Assembly (NCBI GenBank): GCA_041180005.1
Contig: JBEGSF010000005.1
Location: 6,158 to 70,157 of the forward strand
Origin: Verrucomicrobiota bacterium
Lineage (GTDB): Bacteria > Verrucomicrobiota > Verrucomicrobiia > Opitutales > UBA953
DNA: 64,000 bases
Direction of reading: 5' to 3'
The number at the start of each line of letters is the position of its first letter. Position 1 is the stretch's first letter. The notes beneath the pieces were generated by a model. That model was not told where the DNA came from. It worked only from the letters and a program-made list of their open reading frames with translations, and ran no database searches. Positions 27,773 through 37,587 of this stretch are shown in pieces. A program made the position numbers and the translations under genes.

Positions 27773-29251
27773 ATGCTACCCCGCCTCGCACTCCTCGTGC
27801 TTTGCTGCTCCGCGCTCGTTTCGGCCGGAGAGTTGAAGCTCATCTCCCTGTTCTCCGACCACGCCGTCCTCCAGGCCGGCGACGCTGCCGTCTTCGGCAA
27901 GGCCCATCCGGGCTCGAAGGTCAGCGTCAAGCTCGGCTCCGTCGAAGCGACCGCCACCGCCGGTGCCGACGGCAAGTGGCGTGCGACCCTCGCCGGCCTC
28001 AAGCCGACCGAACAGGGCAAGGACCTCGTCGTGAGCTCGGGCGAAGAGGTCTTCACCGCCCATGACGTCATCGTCGGCGAAGTCTGGATCGGTTCCGGTC
28101 AGTCGAACATGGATTGGGTCGTCAAGAACACCTCCGCCGCCGCGGACGCCAAGGCCCGCCCCGCCGACGCCGGCCTGCGCGTCTTCACCGTCGCCCGCAC
28201 GCCCAAGGCCGAGCCCGCTGATGACGTGCAGGGTTCCTGGAAGCTCGCCGCTCCCGATACCGTCGAGGGCCTCACCGCCACCGGACTTTTCTTCGCCCGC
28301 GAACTGCGCGCCAATATCAAGCAACCGGTCGGCGTGATCCACACTTCCATCGGCGGTACGCGCGCCGAGGCTTGGGGGCCGAAGGGCATGTATGCCGACG
28401 TTCCCGAGGCGAAGGACTTCGACGCCAAGGAAGCCGCGGGCATGAAGGCCCGCGCGGCTAATCTCGAGAAGATCCAGGCCCGCCTCAAGTCCGAGAAGGA
28501 CAAGGCCGTCGCCACGAAGCTGCGTCAGGACGCGGGCAAGCTCACGCCGGTCTGGTCCAACGGACCCCACATGAATTGGAACGGCATGGTCGCTCCGCTC
28601 GTCGGTTACTCCGTGCGTGGCACGATCTGGTATCAGGGCGAATCCAACGCCGGTCAGCCCGAAGCTTACAAGTGGGTCCTCGGTTCCATGATCAAGTCCT
28701 GGCACAAGGCCTGGGGTCAGGAATTCCCCTTCATCATCGTCCAGCTCCCTCGCTTCATGGCGCGCAAGCCTGAGCTTGCTCTCGAGGAAGGCTGGCCCGC
28801 CATCCGCGAATCCATGGAGTGGATCGCGGACAACGTCCCGGGCGCGATGATGTCCGTGAACATCGACCTCGGTGAGGAGAAGGACATCCATCCTAAGGAC
28901 AAGCTTCCCGTCGGCGAACGCTTGGCCTACGTGGCCCTGCAGCGCGTCTACAAGACCCGTGAGGTCGGCGAAGCTCCGCGCGTGAAGAAGGCCGATCGCC
29001 AGGGCGACGCCTTCGTGCTCACTTACGATCGTCCGGTGGTCCTCAAGAATGACGGCAAGGGCTTCGCCCTGCTCGGCGCCGACGGCAAGTGGGCCTTCGC
29101 CCAGGCCAAGGCCGAGGGCGCGATCGTGACCGTCACCGGCGTCAAGGCCCCCAAGGAAGTACGCTATGCCTGGGCTAACTTCCCTGAGGTGAGCATCTAT
29201 TCCGCCGGAGCCGACGGTCTGCCGGCCGGTCCTTACCGCAGCAGCAAGTAA
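27773..29251 (+). CDS. sialate O-acetylesterase (SASA family), secreted
   Basis: 'LFSDHAVLQ', 'GEVWIGSGQSNM' and 'GTIWYQGESN' are typical of 9-O-acetylesterase-like proteins. ATG at 27773. Confidence 0.85.
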   Translation: MLPRLALLVLCCSALVSAGELKLISLFSDHAVLQAGDAAVFGKAHPGSKVSVKLGSVEATATAGADGKWRATLAGLKPTEQGKDLVVSSGEEVFTAHDVIVGEVWIGSGQSNMDWVVKNTSAAADAKARPADAGLRVFTVARTPKAEPADDVQGSWKLAAPDTVEGLTATGLFFARELRANIKQPVGVIHTSIGGTRAEAWGPKGMYADVPEAKDFDAKEAAGMKARAANLEKIQARLKSEKDKAVATKLRQDAGKLTPVWSNGPHMNWNGMVAPLVGYSVRGTIWYQGESNAGQPEAYKWVLGSMIKSWHKAWGQEFPFIIVQLPRFMARKPELALEEGWPAIRESMEWIADNVPGAMMSVNIDLGEEKDIHPKDKLPVGERLAYVALQRVYKTREVGEAPRVKKADRQGDAFVLTYDRPVVLKNDGKGFALLGADGKWAFAQAKAEGAIVTVTGVKAPKEVRYAWANFPEVSIYSAGADGLPAGPYRSSK

Positions 29252-29280
29252 GCCTTCGCTTAAAGGCGCAAGGCCAGCAC

Positions 29281-29307
29281 GAGACCTCCGGAACTCCGGA
29301 GGTCTCT
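29281..29307 (+). terminator. intrinsic terminator-like hairpin after the esterase gene
   Basis: GAGACCTCCGG-AACT-CCGGAGGTCTC is a perfect 11-bp stem followed by TTAGTT (weak U-tract). Confidence 0.6.
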
Positions 29308-29344
29308 TAGTTGACGGCCATGAGGGATGGGCAAGGATGCCGGC

Positions 29345-30199
29345 ATGCGCTCCGTTTGGCTCCTCCTGCTGTGTCTCCTTTCGGTTTCCTCCGCCCGGGC
29401 GGTCGAGTCCGTCGCTCCGCCGGCCGGACTCAAGGTGCTCACCGCCGGCCACAGCTTCCATGTCTGGATGCCGCCGCTGGTCGCCGAGATGGCCAAGGCC
29501 GCGGGCATCCAAGGCCACGAGCAGCTGGCGATCTCCTCCATCGGCGGCTCGAAGGTCATCCAGCACTGGGACCTGCCCGCGACGAAGAACAAGGCCAAGT
29601 CGGTCCTCGAGTCGGGTAAGGCCGATCTCTTCACGATGTCGCCGACGTTCCTGCCGGATGCGGGCATCGAGAACTTCGTGAAGCTCGGGCTGGAGCATAA
29701 TCCCAAGATCCGTTTCACGCTGCAGCAGAACTGGGTGCCGTATGAGGATCCGGCCATCTGGCTGAGCCGCGAGCGTCCGAAGCAGGTCGACCGCGACGGC
29801 AAGACGCTTGCGCAGCTGCGAGCGATGCACGACGGCTACTTCAAGATGATCGAAGATCACGTACAGGAACTGAACACGCGCATCCCGGCCGCGAAGATCG
29901 CTATCGTGCCGAGCGGCGAAGCCGTGATCACGCTGCGCGATAAGGTCATCAAAGGCGAGGCGCCGGGCATCCGTTCGCAGAACGAACTCTTCACCGACGT
30001 GCTCGGCCATCCCGGCCCGCAGATCCGCGTGCTTTCGGCCTATTGTCACTTCGCCGTCATCTACCGCCGCTCGCCGGTGGGCCTGCCGGTGAACAGCCAG
30101 CTCGCGAAGCTTCCGGAGGCCGAGAAGCTCAACCGACTGCTGCAGGAGATCGCCTGGAAGGCAGTCACCGAGCACCCGTTGAGCGGCGTCGCGAAGTAA
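29345..30199 (+). CDS. hypothetical secreted protein (possible SGNH-like fold)
   Basis: Signal peptide 'MRSVWLLLLCLLSVSSARA'. 'KVLTAGHSFHVW' is at the position of an SGNH block I. No clear catalytic Ser. Confidence 0.55.
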   Translation: MRSVWLLLLCLLSVSSARAVESVAPPAGLKVLTAGHSFHVWMPPLVAEMAKAAGIQGHEQLAISSIGGSKVIQHWDLPATKNKAKSVLESGKADLFTMSPTFLPDAGIENFVKLGLEHNPKIRFTLQQNWVPYEDPAIWLSRERPKQVDRDGKTLAQLRAMHDGYFKMIEDHVQELNTRIPAAKIAIVPSGEAVITLRDKVIKGEAPGIRSQNELFTDVLGHPGPQIRVLSAYCHFAVIYRRSPVGLPVNSQLAKLPEAEKLNRLLQEIAWKAVTEHPLSGVAK

Positions 30200-30290
30200 G
30201 TGCCGATGTTGTCGTAAATTAATCAGAAAGGACCCTTTCTGGGCTGCGGTCTTGCCAGCCTTTCGTCGGCTCCGAACACTCGTGGTCAAG

Positions 30291-31013
30291 ATGCCACGCG
30301 CCGTCTGCCTCACGAACGTCGCCCACGAGGGGCCCGGGATGCTGGGAGATCTTTTGCGTGACGCCGGTTATCAGGTCGAAGTCATCGAGGCGTTCACCGG
30401 CGTGGCCTTGCCGTCTGATTTGGGCGGCGACGATGTTCTCGTCGTCATGGGCGGACCGATGGGTGTCGCCGATATCGGGAAGCCCGAGATGCCTTGGCTA
30501 GGTCCCGTGGTTGAGCTCTTGCGTCACCGGATCGCCAAGGACTGGCCGAATGTCGGCGTCTGCCTCGGCATGCAGCTCATGGCCCATGCCGCTGGCGCCA
30601 AGGTCGCACCGATGACCGATGCGAAGGGCGTACGGGTGCGTGAGGTCGGCTGGGGTCGCCTGGATTTCGTCGGCACCGACATCACCACCTGTGGGCTGCC
30701 CGCGAGCATCGAAGTCCTGCATTGGCATGGTGATGCCTGCGAGCTGCCGGTCGGGGCGATCCGCTTGGCTTCGACGCCCGCCTGTCCGGTGCAGATGTTC
30801 CGTCTTGGCTGTTCGTTCGGCATGCAGTTCCATCCGGAGATCGACGGCCCGACGGCGTGCCTATGGGCCGAGGAGGATGCCGATTTCGTGCGTGCGGCCA
30901 ATGGTGCCGACGGCGTGGCCCGTCTGCAGGCGGCTTCGCCCGCGGCGGCGCAGCGCACCGAGGCCCATCGTCGGAGGCTCCTCGCGCAGGCCTTGGCCGC
31001 AGTGACGGCTTGA
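30291..31013 (+). CDS. class-I glutamine amidotransferase (GATase1, GMP-synthase-like domain only)
   Basis: 'VCLGMQLMAHA' (nucleophile Cys) and 'FGMQFHPE' (His/Glu). ATG at 30291. Confidence 0.8.
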   Translation: MPRAVCLTNVAHEGPGMLGDLLRDAGYQVEVIEAFTGVALPSDLGGDDVLVVMGGPMGVADIGKPEMPWLGPVVELLRHRIAKDWPNVGVCLGMQLMAHAAGAKVAPMTDAKGVRVREVGWGRLDFVGTDITTCGLPASIEVLHWHGDACELPVGAIRLASTPACPVQMFRLGCSFGMQFHPEIDGPTACLWAEEDADFVRAANGADGVARLQAASPAAAQRTEAHRRRLLAQALAAVTA

Positions 31014-31049
31014 AGGCTGGCGATGGGGTGGTTGCATCGGCTCACCCCC

Positions 31050-31871
31050 ATGAAGCGTCTGTTGCTCCTTTCCTTACTGACCGTCGGTCTCGTCGCCGCC
31101 GAGCCGCCGAAGGGCGAACCGACGAACGCCAAGGAGGCCGCTGCCCAGGCCGCGGCGAAGAAAGCTGCGCAGGACAAGGTCGTCGACGAACGTTATGCGG
31201 CATGGGTGGCGAAGCTCTCGCCCGAGGAGCAGTCATGGGAGAAGGTGCTTCAAGGGCAGCTCGGCAATTTCTACCTCCCGCTGCATAAGCGCGACAAGAT
31301 CGCGGGGAAATCGAACGCCTGGGACTTCGTGAACGATGACCCCAAGCTGCCGCGCGTGCTGCTCATCGGAGACTCGGTCTCGCGTGGCTATACCCAGCCC
31401 ACCCGCAAGGTCCTGGAGGGCAAAGCCAACGTCCACCGCGCCCCGGCCAACTGCGGGCCCACCGCTTCGGGCCTGAAGAACCTCGAAGTCTGGCTGGGCG
31501 AAGGGAAGTGGGACGTCATCCATTTCAACTTCGGCATCCATGACCGCGGCACCCCGGCGGCCGACTACGTGAAGCGTCTCGAGGCCATCGTCGCCCGTCT
31601 CGAGAAGACCGGCGCCAAGCTCATCTGGGCCAGCACCACGCCGATCCCGGATAACCCGGCGCAGAAGCAGACCGCCCAGTCGATCGTCGAGAAGAACGCC
31701 CTCGCGGCCGAGGTCATGAAGAAGCACGGCATCCCGACGGACGACCTGTTCGCCGCCATGACGCCCCGGCTGAAGGAGTTTCAGCCTCCGCTCGACGTCC
31801 ACTTCACCGGCGCCGGCTACGATTTCCTCGGCGCCAAGGTCGGCGAGTCGGTCTTGGAACGTATCAAGTAA
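31050..31871 (+). CDS. SGNH/GDSL hydrolase, secreted
   Basis: Signal peptide 'MKRLLLLSLLTVGLVAA'. 'VLLIGDSVSRGY' (block I), 'HFNFGIHD' and 'DVHFTGAGY' (block V). Confidence 0.8.
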   Translation: MKRLLLLSLLTVGLVAAEPPKGEPTNAKEAAAQAAAKKAAQDKVVDERYAAWVAKLSPEEQSWEKVLQGQLGNFYLPLHKRDKIAGKSNAWDFVNDDPKLPRVLLIGDSVSRGYTQPTRKVLEGKANVHRAPANCGPTASGLKNLEVWLGEGKWDVIHFNFGIHDRGTPAADYVKRLEAIVARLEKTGAKLIWASTTPIPDNPAQKQTAQSIVEKNALAAEVMKKHGIPTDDLFAAMTPRLKEFQPPLDVHFTGAGYDFLGAKVGESVLERIK

Positions 31872-31877
31872 GACGCC

Positions 31878-32723
31878 TCAGTTGGCGCCCGGGGGCGTCT
31901 GGAAGGACAGGGCCAGACGGAACTGGTTCAGGCAGCGCTGGTCGCTGGTGGCGTCGATGATCGCGAAGGTCACGCGGCGGAACGCGCCCTTGAAGGGGCC
32001 TTGCAGGGCCTGGCGGAAGAGGTCGGCGATCAGGGCGGGGTCGTTGGCGAAGTTGCCGCAGCCCCACGCGCCGAGCACCAGGGCGTCGTGGCCGTTGGCC
32101 TGCGCGGCGGCGAGCACCTTGACGATGCGGGCGCCCATCGCGCCGGCGATCTTCGGCTGGTCGAGCGGGGCGACGTCACGGGCATCGCAGGCGGCGGCGG
32201 AAAGGAACGCCACCTTGTAGGGTTCCTCGAGCAGCTGATGGTCGTCGCCGCGGAAGACCGGGACGTCCGGCGAATAGATCATCGCGTCGGAACGCAGCGC
32301 GTTGGCCTGATGCGCGTGGAAGGCATACATCGGGCCGGCGACCTGGCAGGCGAAGAGGGCGGAGGAGCGGCAGTGGTATTCCTCCTGCGCGCGTTCGCCG
32401 GCGAGGAAGCCGCCGCCGGGCACCGTCGGCGAGGCGAAGTTGAGCACCATCGTGCGCAGGCCGGCTTCGTGATGGCGGAATGCGGCCGACAGCGACGTCT
32501 CTTCGGTCACCTCGACGAGCGTGGCGCATTTACCGGTCCGCGGGAAGGTGTGCCGGTGGTCCGGCGGCAGGTGCGTGGTGCGCGCGACGGCGGAAGCGAT
32601 ATCCGCGGCGATGTCCACCTGGCGGCTGGTCGGCGTGGCGTAGAGGCCGAGCTCGATGACCTGCATGGCCTCCCGCCCCATTTTATTGGCGAATTCTCGT
32701 GGAATCTTGGGGTCGAACGGCAT
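31878..32723 (-). CDS. bacterial-type poly(ADP-ribose) glycohydrolase-like macrodomain protein (TIGR02452/DUF2263 family)
   Basis: 'LNFASPTVPGGGFLAGERAQEEYHCRSS' contains the PARG signature GGG-x6-8-QEE. 'LGAWGCGNF' near the C-terminus. ATG at 32721-32723. Confidence 0.8.
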   Translation of the reverse strand: MPFDPKIPREFANKMGREAMQVIELGLYATPTSRQVDIAADIASAVARTTHLPPDHRHTFPRTGKCATLVEVTEETSLSAAFRHHEAGLRTMVLNFASPTVPGGGFLAGERAQEEYHCRSSALFACQVAGPMYAFHAHQANALRSDAMIYSPDVPVFRGDDHQLLEEPYKVAFLSAAACDARDVAPLDQPKIAGAMGARIVKVLAAAQANGHDALVLGAWGCGNFANDPALIADLFRQALQGPFKGAFRRVTFAIIDATSDQRCLNQFRLALSFQTPPGAN

Positions 32724-32829
32724 GGGCGAGGGGAGCCGATACCATGGAGCGGCGCGGGGCCGAAGCCAACCGCAACCTATGACAGGCGGGTCGTTTGACG
32801 CAGGGGCCGCCCGATGGCATAACATTCTT

Positions 32830-33699
32830 ATGTCGCAACCGCCTCTGACCGTCTTCTACAGCCCAGCCTACGCCGTCGACGGCAAGATGGAGACCGTCAG
32901 CAAGTCCAAGCTGGTCGCGGGCCTGATCGAGTCGGGCGCGGCCGGGGAGGTCTGGCTGGAGGCTCCGAAGCCGGCGACGCGCCGGGAGCTGGAGCTCATC
33001 CATGAGGCCGAGTATGTCCGCCATACCTTGGAGGACAAAGGCGCCTTCCTGGAGGTCGGTCCGTGGTCGCAGCCGCTGCTGGACAGCATCCTCGCCTCGA
33101 CCGGCGGCATGCGCGACGCCGTGAAGGAAGCCTTGAAGAACGGACGCTCAGGCAGCCTCTCCAGCGGCCTGCACCATGCGCGTCGCAACTCCGGCAACGG
33201 CTTCTGCCAGTTCAACGGGCTCGCCCTGGCTGCGCTCGAGGCGCTCAAGAAGGTCAAGACCGTCGGCATCCTCGATCTCGACGCCCATGCCGGCGGCGGC
33301 ACGTTCGACATCCTCGGCGACCACCCGCAGGTGTATCTCGCCGACGTCACCGTGTGTTCCTTCGATTCCTGGGAGCCGACCGACAAGAACCGGCACTTCT
33401 ACGTCGATGTCGAGAAACCGAAGTCCTACCTCGGCCACGTCGAGGACGCGCTGCTCACCCTGGAGCGGGTGGATTTCCTGATCTACAACGCCGGCATGGA
33501 CACCTATGAGAAGGCCGGCGGCATGAAGGGCATCACCAAGGAGATCATCCTCAAGCGCGAGAAACGCGTCGTCGAGTGGGCCCGCGCCCGCAAGATTCCG
33601 CATGTCTTCGCCTTGGCCGGCGGCTACAAGTGGGACGGTCTCACGCTGCAGCAGGTCGCGGAGCTGCACCTCGAGACCGTCAAGGCGTTCGCGTCCTGA
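32830..33699 (+). CDS. compact histone-deacetylase-family (HDAC/AcuC-like) amidohydrolase
   Basis: 'SSGLHHA', 'ILDLDAHAGGGT', 'YNAGMD' and 'LAGGYKW' correspond to the HDAC catalytic His pair, Zn ligands and catalytic Tyr. ATG at 32830. Confidence 0.75.
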   Translation: MSQPPLTVFYSPAYAVDGKMETVSKSKLVAGLIESGAAGEVWLEAPKPATRRELELIHEAEYVRHTLEDKGAFLEVGPWSQPLLDSILASTGGMRDAVKEALKNGRSGSLSSGLHHARRNSGNGFCQFNGLALAALEALKKVKTVGILDLDAHAGGGTFDILGDHPQVYLADVTVCSFDSWEPTDKNRHFYVDVEKPKSYLGHVEDALLTLERVDFLIYNAGMDTYEKAGGMKGITKEIILKREKRVVEWARARKIPHVFALAGGYKWDGLTLQQVAELHLETVKAFAS

Positions 33700-34038
33700 T
33701 CACTCCGGCTTCGGCACGTTCAGCTGCTGGAGCCGGAAGGCGCCGCTTTCCGTCGGGAGCACCACGAAGAGCGCGCAGTCGCGGCTCTGGGCGAGCGCGA
33801 CCATCACGTGCCACTGGTCCTGACGGACGCCCGCCACGACGAACATCGGCATCGCGCCGGGTTCGGTGCCCGAAGGCTCTTCGATCGCCACGCCCTTGTG
33901 GTCGACGTCGAAATTATGCGCCAGCCATTTGCCGAGTTCCTTGGCGAGGCCGCGCATGTCGGACTTGCCCGCCTCGACCTTGGCCTGGTCGACGAGAGAC
34001 CACAGCGGGAAGGCGAAGTTGTGGACCATTTCGGCCAT
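33700..34038 (-). CDS. hypothetical protein
   Basis: 112-aa ORF, 21 nt downstream of purA on the same strand. Its stop abuts the stop of the HDAC-like gene. No motif recognised. Confidence 0.5.
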   Translation of the reverse strand: MAEMVHNFAFPLWSLVDQAKVEAGKSDMRGLAKELGKWLAHNFDVDHKGVAIEEPSGTEPGAMPMFVVAGVRQDQWHVMVALAQSRDCALFVVLPTESGAFRLQQLNVPKPE

Positions 34039-34059
34039 CGGCGCGTCGGCGGAGAGTCG

Positions 34060-35607
34060 TCAGGCCTGCTTGATCAGCTCGGCCGTCGCGGGGACGTCGG
34101 AGATGATCTGATCGGGGTCCGGACCCACGCCGATGTAGCGGAGGTTCGGGAGATAGGGCAGGGAGCCGCCGCGGGAGGCCAGGCGGACGATCTCGGCCAT
34201 CGTGAAGGCCACGTAGCGGCGCGCCTCGGCGGGCAACTGGGCATAGGAGCGGACCTTGGTGATGTCGGCCGTCCAGCCGGGCAGGGTGGCGTAGATGGGC
34301 TGCAGGGTGCGACGCACCGCGTCGTTGCGAGGCACGCTGGAGACGACCTTGCCGGATGCGTCACGGTAGCCCGTGCACACGAGCAGGTCGCCGCCCTTCC
34401 ATTCGCCGTGGGGCGAGAGGGCGTCGAGCTTGTTGAGGACGATGTCGTCGTAGCCGCCGTAGCGGAGGGCGTCGGCCTTCTCGACGAGGTCGGACCAGCC
34501 GACCATGCGCTGGCGTCCGGTGCTCGTGCCGAACTCCAGCTTCGCGAGGGCGCGCTGGAGCGGGTGCTCTTCGGGCATCTTCGTCAGGAAGACGTGGGTG
34601 CCGACCTTGGTGTCGTAAGCCTTGCAGCAGCCGACCGTGTGGATCGCCTGGACCGGGATGCCGGCGGACTGGAAGAACTCCGGCGTGTAGGTGTGGGAGG
34701 CCGTGACGTTCGGGGCGAAGCCGGCGCGCTTGTCGAGCCAGTAGGCCTGGCCGAACTCGCCGATGATGCGGCGGTCGGCGGCGAGGTCGCCGAGGATGCG
34801 TTCGCGGACGTCGCCGATCGCGTGCGCGAGGGCGGCGCCGGCCTGCCAGTAGCAGTCGAGGACGGCGGCGTGGTCGAAGGTGAACGGCTCCTTGCCGGCG
34901 AAGCGGGTGAAATCGAATTCAGCGGCGGCGAAGACGCCGGACTCGATGGCGCCCTTGTTGGCGCGCAATTCGGCCTCGGTGAGCTTGGCGAAGAGGCCGG
35001 CCCACTTCTCGGGCGAGAGCTTGCAGACGTCGCGCACGATCGAAGCGGCGCGATGGAGGCGGGCCGAGAGGCGGACGGCGTAGTCGGACTTCGCGCCGAG
35101 GAACTCCGAGTAATGGATCTGGAACTGGCCGACCTCGTCGGCGTAGGCCGGGGTGATGCCGCGTCCGGTGGAGCCGCGGGCCTCGTGGCCGAGGACGTTC
35201 ACGCGGTAGTCTTCCCAGGCGAGGTCGAGGATGCGGTGGGAGACGTCGCTGATCATGCAGCGTTCGTCGATGAGCAGGCGCTTGAGCACCGGGATGCCGA
35301 TCTTCTCGAGGGGCAGGGCTTCCCAGAGGGCCTTGCGCGGGTCGGCGACGACGCCGGCGCCGAGGGCGAGGCAGGCCACGTCGTGTTCGGCGACGCCGCC
35401 CGGGAGCAGGTTGAGCTTCAGGCCGGCGACGGTGTGGCCGGAGTTGGCGCCGCCGTTGACCTTGAGGACGGTGCCGACGACGTCGCGACGGCCCGTGAGG
35501 GCCTGCAGTTCGCGGACGATCTCAGGGATGAGGCGTCCCTTGCCTTCGTCTCCCATGCTGATGCCGACGTCGGCGATGAGTTTGCTCTTAAAGGAGGTGA
35601 GTGCCAT
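34060..35607 (-). CDS. purA: adenylosuccinate synthase (long, divergent form)
   Basis: 'GDEGKGRLI' (P-loop GDEGKG) and 'GGANSGHTV'. 515 aa versus about 430 aa for canonical PurA. Confidence 0.8.
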   Translation of the reverse strand: MALTSFKSKLIADVGISMGDEGKGRLIPEIVRELQALTGRRDVVGTVLKVNGGANSGHTVAGLKLNLLPGGVAEHDVACLALGAGVVADPRKALWEALPLEKIGIPVLKRLLIDERCMISDVSHRILDLAWEDYRVNVLGHEARGSTGRGITPAYADEVGQFQIHYSEFLGAKSDYAVRLSARLHRAASIVRDVCKLSPEKWAGLFAKLTEAELRANKGAIESGVFAAAEFDFTRFAGKEPFTFDHAAVLDCYWQAGAALAHAIGDVRERILGDLAADRRIIGEFGQAYWLDKRAGFAPNVTASHTYTPEFFQSAGIPVQAIHTVGCCKAYDTKVGTHVFLTKMPEEHPLQRALAKLEFGTSTGRQRMVGWSDLVEKADALRYGGYDDIVLNKLDALSPHGEWKGGDLLVCTGYRDASGKVVSSVPRNDAVRRTLQPIYATLPGWTADITKVRSYAQLPAEARRYVAFTMAEIVRLASRGGSLPYLPNLRYIGVGPDPDQIISDVPATAELIKQA

Positions 35608-35670
35608 GGGCAGGGAGGGGGAGGCGGGCGGGCCAGGCCGTCCGCAAGCGAGGAAAGGCGGCGGTAGGCG

Positions 35671-37074
35671 TCAGGCCGAGGCGCCCTTCTGGCGTTCGTA
35701 GAAGTCGTTGATCTTCTTGGCGACGTCGCGGTAACCGGAGTCGGCCATGTAGATGATCTTGTATTCGTCGACGGCTTCCTTGGCCTTGCCCATCTTCTCG
35801 AAGGTGTCGCCGAGGGCGTAGATGATCTCCTTCTTCAGGTCGTTCATCAGCTGGACCTCGCTCTTGGCGGTCGTGAGCTGCTCGACCGCGAGGTCGAACT
35901 TGCCGCCCTGGGAGAAGGCGCGGCCGATGGCGAGGAGCGCCGGCTGGCGGAACTTCGGGTTGCGCTGCGCGTACTGGAGCTGCTGGACGGCCTCGTCGAG
36001 GCGGTTGGCGGCGAGCAGGAGCGTGCCCAGTTCGTGGCGGTAGGAGAAGTCGTTCGGGTAGCGCTCGACGAGCGCGATGGACGTCTTGAGGCGGAAGTCG
36101 GCGAGCTCGGCCTCGTTCTTGGCGAGGGCGTCCTTGCTGGCGGCGTCGGAGGGGTTGGCGGCGATCGCCTCGCGCAGCTGCTTGGAGATGCGGTCGTAGC
36201 GGCGGATGATGAGGTCGCTCTCCTGGCGCTCGAGGGAGGTGTCGGCCTTGCCCTGGCTGGTGAGGCGGCCGCGCTGGAGCCAGGCGATGGCGCTGTCGAG
36301 GTCTTCGGCGATCAGGAACATGCGCACGATCTCGCGGTACAAGTCGAGGCTGTCCGGAGCGGACTGGATCTTCTGGGCGAGTTCGCCGGCCTGCGCGAGC
36401 GCGGTGGCGGCGTCGGTGACGGTGCGCGAAGCCTGGTCGAGGCGCAGGGCTTCGTCCTTGTCCTTGAGCTTGGACTGGAAGTCGCCTTTGTCCTCCCAGT
36501 TGCCCTTCTTCATGGTCTTGCTGACGGAGGCCTTGCGGACGACTTCCTGGAGGTCGCCGTTGCCGGGGAAGAGCTTGAGGCCCTTGTCGGCCGCGGCGAG
36601 GGACTGGTCGTATTCGCCGCCGGCGATCCAGGCGTTGGCGAGGTCGACGAAGTGCTGGACCTGGCCGGGTTCGTTGGTGGCGAGTTCTTCGTAGGCGAAG
36701 GCCGCGAGTTCGAAGAAGCCGAGCTTGAGGCCGGCGAGGGCGATGGTCTTGTTCGCGTTGGCGTCGGTCGGCTTCTTGGCGAGGGCTTCCTCGGCCGCGT
36801 TGATGGCGGCGACGGGGTCGGCCTCGACGGCCTTGGCGATCTTTCCGGAGGAGAGGACGCTGGTCAGTCCGTCAAAGAGACCCTTCTTGGTGCCGAGCAT
36901 GGCCTTCTGGGCCTTGCGGAGGCTGCGGCGGACTTCGATGCAACCCGGGTTGCGCGCCAGGATGCCGGAGAGGACCTCAACGGCGTACTGGGGGTTTGTC
37001 TTCAGTTGCTGGTCCGCGGCAGTGATCTGTTTCTGGAGCCGGGGATCGAGCTCGGTAAGGGCGACTTTTTTCAT
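35671..37074 (-). CDS. tetratricopeptide (TPR) repeat protein
   Basis: 467 aa, all-helical, with repeated A/G-x-x-Y/F-x-x-A-L TPR-like units (for example 'LAIGRAFSQGGKFDLAVEQL'). Confidence 0.7.
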   Translation of the reverse strand: MKKVALTELDPRLQKQITAADQQLKTNPQYAVEVLSGILARNPGCIEVRRSLRKAQKAMLGTKKGLFDGLTSVLSSGKIAKAVEADPVAAINAAEEALAKKPTDANANKTIALAGLKLGFFELAAFAYEELATNEPGQVQHFVDLANAWIAGGEYDQSLAAADKGLKLFPGNGDLQEVVRKASVSKTMKKGNWEDKGDFQSKLKDKDEALRLDQASRTVTDAATALAQAGELAQKIQSAPDSLDLYREIVRMFLIAEDLDSAIAWLQRGRLTSQGKADTSLERQESDLIIRRYDRISKQLREAIAANPSDAASKDALAKNEAELADFRLKTSIALVERYPNDFSYRHELGTLLLAANRLDEAVQQLQYAQRNPKFRQPALLAIGRAFSQGGKFDLAVEQLTTAKSEVQLMNDLKKEIIYALGDTFEKMGKAKEAVDEYKIIYMADSGYRDVAKKINDFYERQKGASA

Positions 37075-37125
37075 GGATAAATGGGCAGATTGACCCTCGA
37101 AAACTGACCTTCGCCGGACGGGTGG

Positions 37126-37587
37126 TCAATCCCTTGGACGCGAAAAACGCAGGTGCCGTCGGAGGGCGGCGCGGAGGGGTTCGGCGATGATCCGGCCGAC
37201 GCATGAGGGGGTGCGGCAGCCGCAGGGGTGGAAGAGGCTTTCCGCCAAGGAAAAGCCGTAATCAAAGGTGATTTCTTCCCCGGCGCGCAGGGGGCGGAGG
37301 CTCGTCAGCCAGGCACCCTCGGCGGGGCCATGCCAGATCAGTTCCGCGTTCGGTTCGCAGGAATGGTTCGCCCAGCGTGCCGGATTGTCGGCGCCGGACC
37401 CGTCGAGCCACAGGCCCTCGGAGACCTCCAGCGCGAAGACTTCCCCGGTCTCAGGGCGGGGCGGCGGCGTGGGGCTTATCGGGCCTCGGTAGGGAGCGAG
37501 ACGTTCGCCGGCCGCGAATTCCCGTCGGGTGAAGAGCCCTTGGCCGGCGATCGCGGACGGACGCGTCTCGACGTCGGTCGCGCTCAT
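37126..37587 (-). CDS. SET-domain protein (putative protein-lysine methyltransferase)
   Basis: 'GQGLFTRREFAAGE', 'RWANHSCEPNAEL', 'GEEITFDYGF' and post-SET 'CGCRTPSCVG'. Confidence 0.85.
   Translation of the reverse strand: MSATDVETRPSAIAGQGLFTRREFAAGERLAPYRGPISPTPPPRPETGEVFALEVSEGLWLDGSGADNPARWANHSCEPNAELIWHGPAEGAWLTSLRPLRAGEEITFDYGFSLAESLFHPCGCRTPSCVGRIIAEPLRAALRRHLRFSRPRD

Noticed and set aside
27776-30313. An 845-aa minus-strand ORF.
   Set aside because: It is antisense to the sialate O-acetylesterase and the following secreted-protein gene, and has shadow-ORF composition.
33808-35667. A 619-aa plus-strand ORF.
   Set aside because: It is antisense to purA.
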